Source: Patescibacteria group bacterium (GTDB taxonomy: Bacteria; Patescibacteriota; Microgenomatia; Levybacterales; GWA1-39-11). Taken from it: a stretch of DNA of 64,000 nt. Position 1 is the first letter of the stretch. Each line of letters starts with the position of its first letter. Under the pieces are notes generated by a model. The model was not told the origin of the DNA, searched no databases, and saw only the letters and a program-made list of their open reading frames with translations. The stretch spans positions 2,596 to 66,595 of the forward strand of contig DASZRG010000021.1 in the NCBI GenBank assembly GCA_035549295.1. Reading direction: 5' to 3'. Below are positions 60,915 through 64,000 of the stretch, piece after piece. A program made the translations under genes and the position numbers.

Positions 60915-61334
60915 TTAGATGTCGAGTTTGGTCATCGGTTCACCAAGGATTTCGAAGTCCTTGGCGGGGACGGGGTCAAAGCTTTCGTCCCACTTTCTGT
61001 TCCTGAATCTGACCCGCGTGCCAATTGGTATATTGGTTGCGAGTGTCGAGTCAGTCTTGTATCGATGTTTGTCACCGGTTATCGTGAAGATATTCTCAAG
61101 CCAGACGTTGTCCGGCTCAGATAAGATCGATGCGATTATCCCGGTTTTCGTGGTCGTGGGTGGTTTTAGGAGTTTGCTTATGACGCCAATCACGAAGCAT
61201 ACTCCAATCGCCGGCCAAATGATCACATTGAAGATTTTAAAGGGTATGATCCCAAAAATATCTAGAATTATGATTATCCAGAACGGCAGTGTGAACCAGA
61301 AGCCGCGAACCGTGCGGAATATTTTGTTAGCCAT
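60915..61334 (-). CDS. 2-TM membrane protein
   Basis: AGGAGG SD. Confidence 0.68.
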   Translation of the reverse strand: MANKIFRTVRGFWFTLPFWIIIILDIFGIIPFKIFNVIIWPAIGVCFVIGVISKLLKPPTTTKTGIIASILSEPDNVWLENIFTITGDKHRYKTDSTLATNIPIGTRVRFRNRKWDESFDPVPAKDFEILGEPMTKLDI

Positions 61335-61364
61335 TTTGACCTCAGTCCTCCTGCGTTGTGCTGG

Positions 61365-61727
61365 CTAGTCTTCGATTGCGAAGATGGCCTGCGCGAGATA
61401 TCCGTGCTCGAAGTATTGAACTGTGACACGGTCGTCCTCGAAGATAAAACGAGGAAGGCCGTTTCCTCTCCACTTGTCGTTGATTTCCCAGTCGCCTTCG
61501 TTGAAATGAACCGTGATTTGTTCGCCGCCCGCGACGTCAGTCTCGGATGCCGATCGATATGTGACTTTTGGTTCGGTCAAATACCTTTTGACCTGCAGCG
61601 TGAGGGTCGACCTAAAGTTTGCGATTTGTACTTGCTTCGCGTACGTGAACTTGTGGTCCGTTAGTAGATCTATGAGATCTTTGACGATCTCAGGCGTCGT
61701 GTCGTGCGTGAATTCGATTGTCTTCAT
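61365..61727 (-). CDS. Hypothetical protein (family with 56085 and 60500)
   Basis: AAGGAG SD; PRFIFEDDRVTV. Confidence 0.72.
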   Translation of the reverse strand: MKTIEFTHDTTPEIVKDLIDLLTDHKFTYAKQVQIANFRSTLTLQVKRYLTEPKVTYRSASETDVAGGEQITVHFNEGDWEINDKWRGNGLPRFIFEDDRVTVQYFEHGYLAQAIFAIED

Positions 61728-62399
61728 TCCAGTTACTCCTTGCTAGTTTGCCTGCCAATAAAAACGGAATTGAACCGTTTGTTTTCCTGAAAAGGAACCT
61801 GCCGGGGGCAACAGTTAACAAGTTAACAAAGTAACAAATTAACCTTACCCACGAGAAGTTCCTCTTCAGGATTCCAACCCCACCTCAGTCCTCCCCTAAA
61901 ATAGGAGAAGAAGACCAAGGTTTTTGGTTATATATATTGTCTCGAAATAGATTTTCAAAGAGCAAATGGCTTTTAGCTTTTAGCTCTTGGCACTTAGTTT
62001 ATGCAAAACAAACTAAAACCAATACTTTGGCTAAAAACCTCTCATGTAATATCATTCTGAAAAAAGCAAAGATTCTTCACTTCGTTCAGAATGACATTAT
62101 TTCTTTAGTTTTTCGTTGAACGGTAACGATGCCCGTTTCGTCATTCGGTTACGTTTACCGTAAAACTTAAAACGATACTGGCTTCATAACCTTTTAACGA
62201 TTAACGAAAAAGTATATTTGATCCCGGAAAGAGTAGTGCACAGCAGAGCTGGCATGTTCCCAATCCGGGATCTGTTGTTCCTCCTTTCAGAGGGGTTTCC
62301 ACCTAGTGGATCCACTCACGCTGTGTGAGGTTCACCATTTTGGTGGTCCCGCCTTCATCCCACAAAGGGATTTCGGCGAGGTAAACTATTTCGAGACGG

Positions 62400-62783
62400 T
62401 TAGGCGACGGGAGTCGGGACTGCGGCAGCAGCAGCTTTGGCCTGCGCCTCTGCTTCTGCTTCGTAGACCTCCTCGACGTCGATGAGCCAGAGACCGGTCT
62501 CCCGGATCTCGACTACGTCGAACTCATGCCGAGCGAACCGGATCCTGGCTACCAAGTCCTCGTAGGACTCGGAGCCAATGTAATACCAGATCTCGTCATG
62601 AGTCATCCAGCGTTCGATGCCAGGAGCCTTGTCATCACTCTTGGAATGAACCCAGGCGATGTAGACGCAGTTCTCCGACGGGGGAGGGAGTTCCTCTGTC
62701 GGTAGACCGGTGGCTACATGTCGACTCGAGTGAAGCATGCTGAGAACATACACTGGAGTTTTAACTGTGTGTTGGGTGGTCAT
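62400..62783 (-). CDS. Hypothetical protein
   Basis: 127 aa, GC-rich. Confidence 0.65.
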   Translation of the reverse strand: MTTQHTVKTPVYVLSMLHSSRHVATGLPTEELPPPSENCVYIAWVHSKSDDKAPGIERWMTHDEIWYYIGSESYEDLVARIRFARHEFDVVEIRETGLWLIDVEEVYEAEAEAQAKAAAAAVPTPVA

Positions 62784-62915
62784 GGAGCTAGCCCTTTCTG
62801 GCCTGAAATTCCGCGCGGCGGGATCAAATTGAAGTCCGACTTCTCAAAGAGAGAAGTCAACGAGCATTAGTTGTCCTCCTGTCTGCTGCGCAGGTGGTTC
62901 TCGCTTGCGTGCGAG

Positions 62916-63083
62916 TTAGCGCTTCATGAAATGTCGCCGAATGGCGCGATTGTAGATGCGCTCATCGCGTGCTTGCCTGTCCTCAAACTTTTGTGCAGTT
63001 GCCGTGGGCTGATTTTGATTTCTTGCGAAACCCCAAACAGCACAGACAATGACGAGAAAAAGCAATCCAAAAATGATGTACAC
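62916..63083 (-). CDS. 55-aa single-TM small protein
   Basis: Hand translation MYIIFGLLFLVIVCAVWGFARNQNQ...RRHFMKR; GAGGAGG SD before GTG. Confidence 0.65.
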   Translation of the reverse strand: MYIIFGLLFLVIVCAVWGFARNQNQPTATAQKFEDRQARDERIYNRAIRRHFMKR

Positions 63084-63126
63084 TTTGCCTCCTCGCGGCC
63101 GAAATGATCCGAACCTGTGGGATTCC

Positions 63127-63462
63127 TTAAAGCCGTTCGGTATGCACCTCGACTTTTAGAATCCTCTCGTAGTGAGAGAAGGTGAAAGTCGTCCTGTCTT
63201 CTCCTGTCGCAACGTGCCGGTCCATCACGGCTCGAATGAGCGGAACTGTTATCCCGCCTGGTTTGAAGTAATCGGCGATGAGTGTGAGCGGCAAAACCGC
63301 TTCCAGCACATCCGCCGAATGCTCGGCTATGAGCTCTTGAATGCGGGCCGCCGTAGGGACGTTCTCGGAAATCTGGATGATCTCGATGTCACCATAGATG
63401 CGGTGAAGCTCGTTGATTTGAGCTTCCGTTACCTTGTGGCGAGTGAGTCGCAATATTTTCAT
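63127..63462 (-). CDS. 111-aa protein, possible divergent CARF/ring-nuclease-like
   Basis: Start MKILRLTRHKVTEAQINEL after GGAGG SD. Confidence 0.65.
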   Translation of the reverse strand: MKILRLTRHKVTEAQINELHRIYGDIEIIQISENVPTAARIQELIAEHSADVLEAVLPLTLIADYFKPGGITVPLIRAVMDRHVATGEDRTTFTFSHYERILKVEVHTERL

Positions 63463-63520
63463 CTCAGTCCTCCAGACTGTTGTTAAAGCGCTAGTCGTTG
63501 ACCCGTTTTGGATCTGAGCC

Positions 63521-63925
63521 TTAGCGGCTTTGCTCCCAGGATGGGAAGGGGTTGCTGCACTCCTCCCACTCGTCGTCTGGGTCGTCCTGACCTTTTTTCT
63601 CAAACCATTGTCGGTGAGAGAAGATGTCGTCACTGTCGTGGAAAGGTAGTCCATTGATGTGCCGGAAGGAAGGTATCCTGTATCGGTTGAACGCGTCGTC
63701 CAGGTTGGTTCCCTCCCAGAGAGTCGTGGGCTCATTCATGTTGCCCGCGGCGTCTCCCCGAGAGTCTCGCACCCTGTAAACGGGGCGACTTGCAATGTGC
63801 TCAGCGGCTTTGTCCCAGTGGGATTTGTAGATCCATGGGAAAGCCTTGGGGCGGCCATCACTGTCTTCGCCAAGTTCGTAGGCGACTTCGTCGCCAATCT
63901 CGAGCGTGACTCTGAACTTGGACAT
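63521..63925 (-). CDS. Hypothetical acidic protein
   Basis: 134 aa; GAGG SD. Confidence 0.62.
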   Translation of the reverse strand: MSKFRVTLEIGDEVAYELGEDSDGRPKAFPWIYKSHWDKAAEHIASRPVYRVRDSRGDAAGNMNEPTTLWEGTNLDDAFNRYRIPSFRHINGLPFHDSDDIFSHRQWFEKKGQDDPDDEWEECSNPFPSWEQSR

Positions 63926-64000
63926 TCTTTGTCCTCGATCAAACTTGGGCTCATCGCCGTTTCTGTTTACCTGAAATGCGTCTCCGTAGTAACAAAAAAG

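Larger units (their letters stand above)
60286..61964 (-). other. boxA/terminal-stem cassette G
   Basis: TGCTCTTTGAAAA (61964-61952); TCTATTTCGAGA (61951-61940) pairs with TCTCGAAATAGA (60297-60286). Confidence 0.88.
62386..64000 (-). other. Cassette H (5' end outside the window)
   Basis: 3' arm GTCTCGAAATAG (62397-62386) 2 nt after the stop of 62400; same downstream hairpins as cassettes E-G. Confidence 0.7.

Noticed and set aside
61780-61870. Hammerhead ribozyme (CTGAAGA...GAAA)
   Set aside because: CTGAAGA is base-paired in the long helix, the second copy reads CTGGAGA, and GAAA does not directly follow stem II.
55085-62410. Integron attC sites (RYYTAAC overlapping stops at 55092, 60915, 62400)
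   Set aside because: No matching GTTRRRY box found downstream at attC distance and no intI in the window.
46252-64000. Prophage or single genomic island
   Set aside because: No integrase, terminase or structural genes; GC-rich cassettes alternate with AT-rich spacers bearing resident repeats; the same design occurs at 3.8 and 9.7 kb.

Overview
64-kb window that reads like a Patescibacteria (CPR, probably Microgenomates-like; inferred from gene content and style) chromosome: AT-rich, with housekeeping genes (pth, gpmA, eno, rpsA, radA, pyk) whose start codons mostly sit just after a -10 box and lack a Shine-Dalgarno (SD) site. Three things stand out. (1) Seven complete and one truncated GC-rich protein-coding cassettes (about 3.8-4.4, 9.6-10.3, 46.2-50.4, 52.1-54.6, 55.1-57.1, 57.4-60.0, 60.3-62.0 and 62.4 to >64 kb) are built like rRNA operons. 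Each complete one has a boxA-like antiterminator followed within 0-3 nt by a 9-14 nt sequence whose reverse complement lies downstream of the cassette's last stop codon, usually followed by structured hairpins. Cassette genes mostly carry strong SD sites and encode orphan, membrane or secreted proteins, a Flp-pilin fusion, a catalytically dead TPI and a possible CARF-like ring nuclease. (2) A RiPP-like cluster (about 1.7-14.3 kb) has YcaO, a SagB-type dehydrogenase, two tandem Gly/Cys-rich precursors, PqqD/RRE, an HprK-like kinase, an S24/S26-nucleotidyltransferase fusion, an arylsulfotransferase, a sulfatase-fold protein and an ABC exporter. (3) Two four-helix-bundle genes are each flanked by inverted short-repeat arrays; the same repeat families are dispersed through the window, some in frame inside genes. 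No rRNA, complete tRNA, CRISPR array, integrase or reverse transcriptase was recognised. All calls are by eye; no searches were run.
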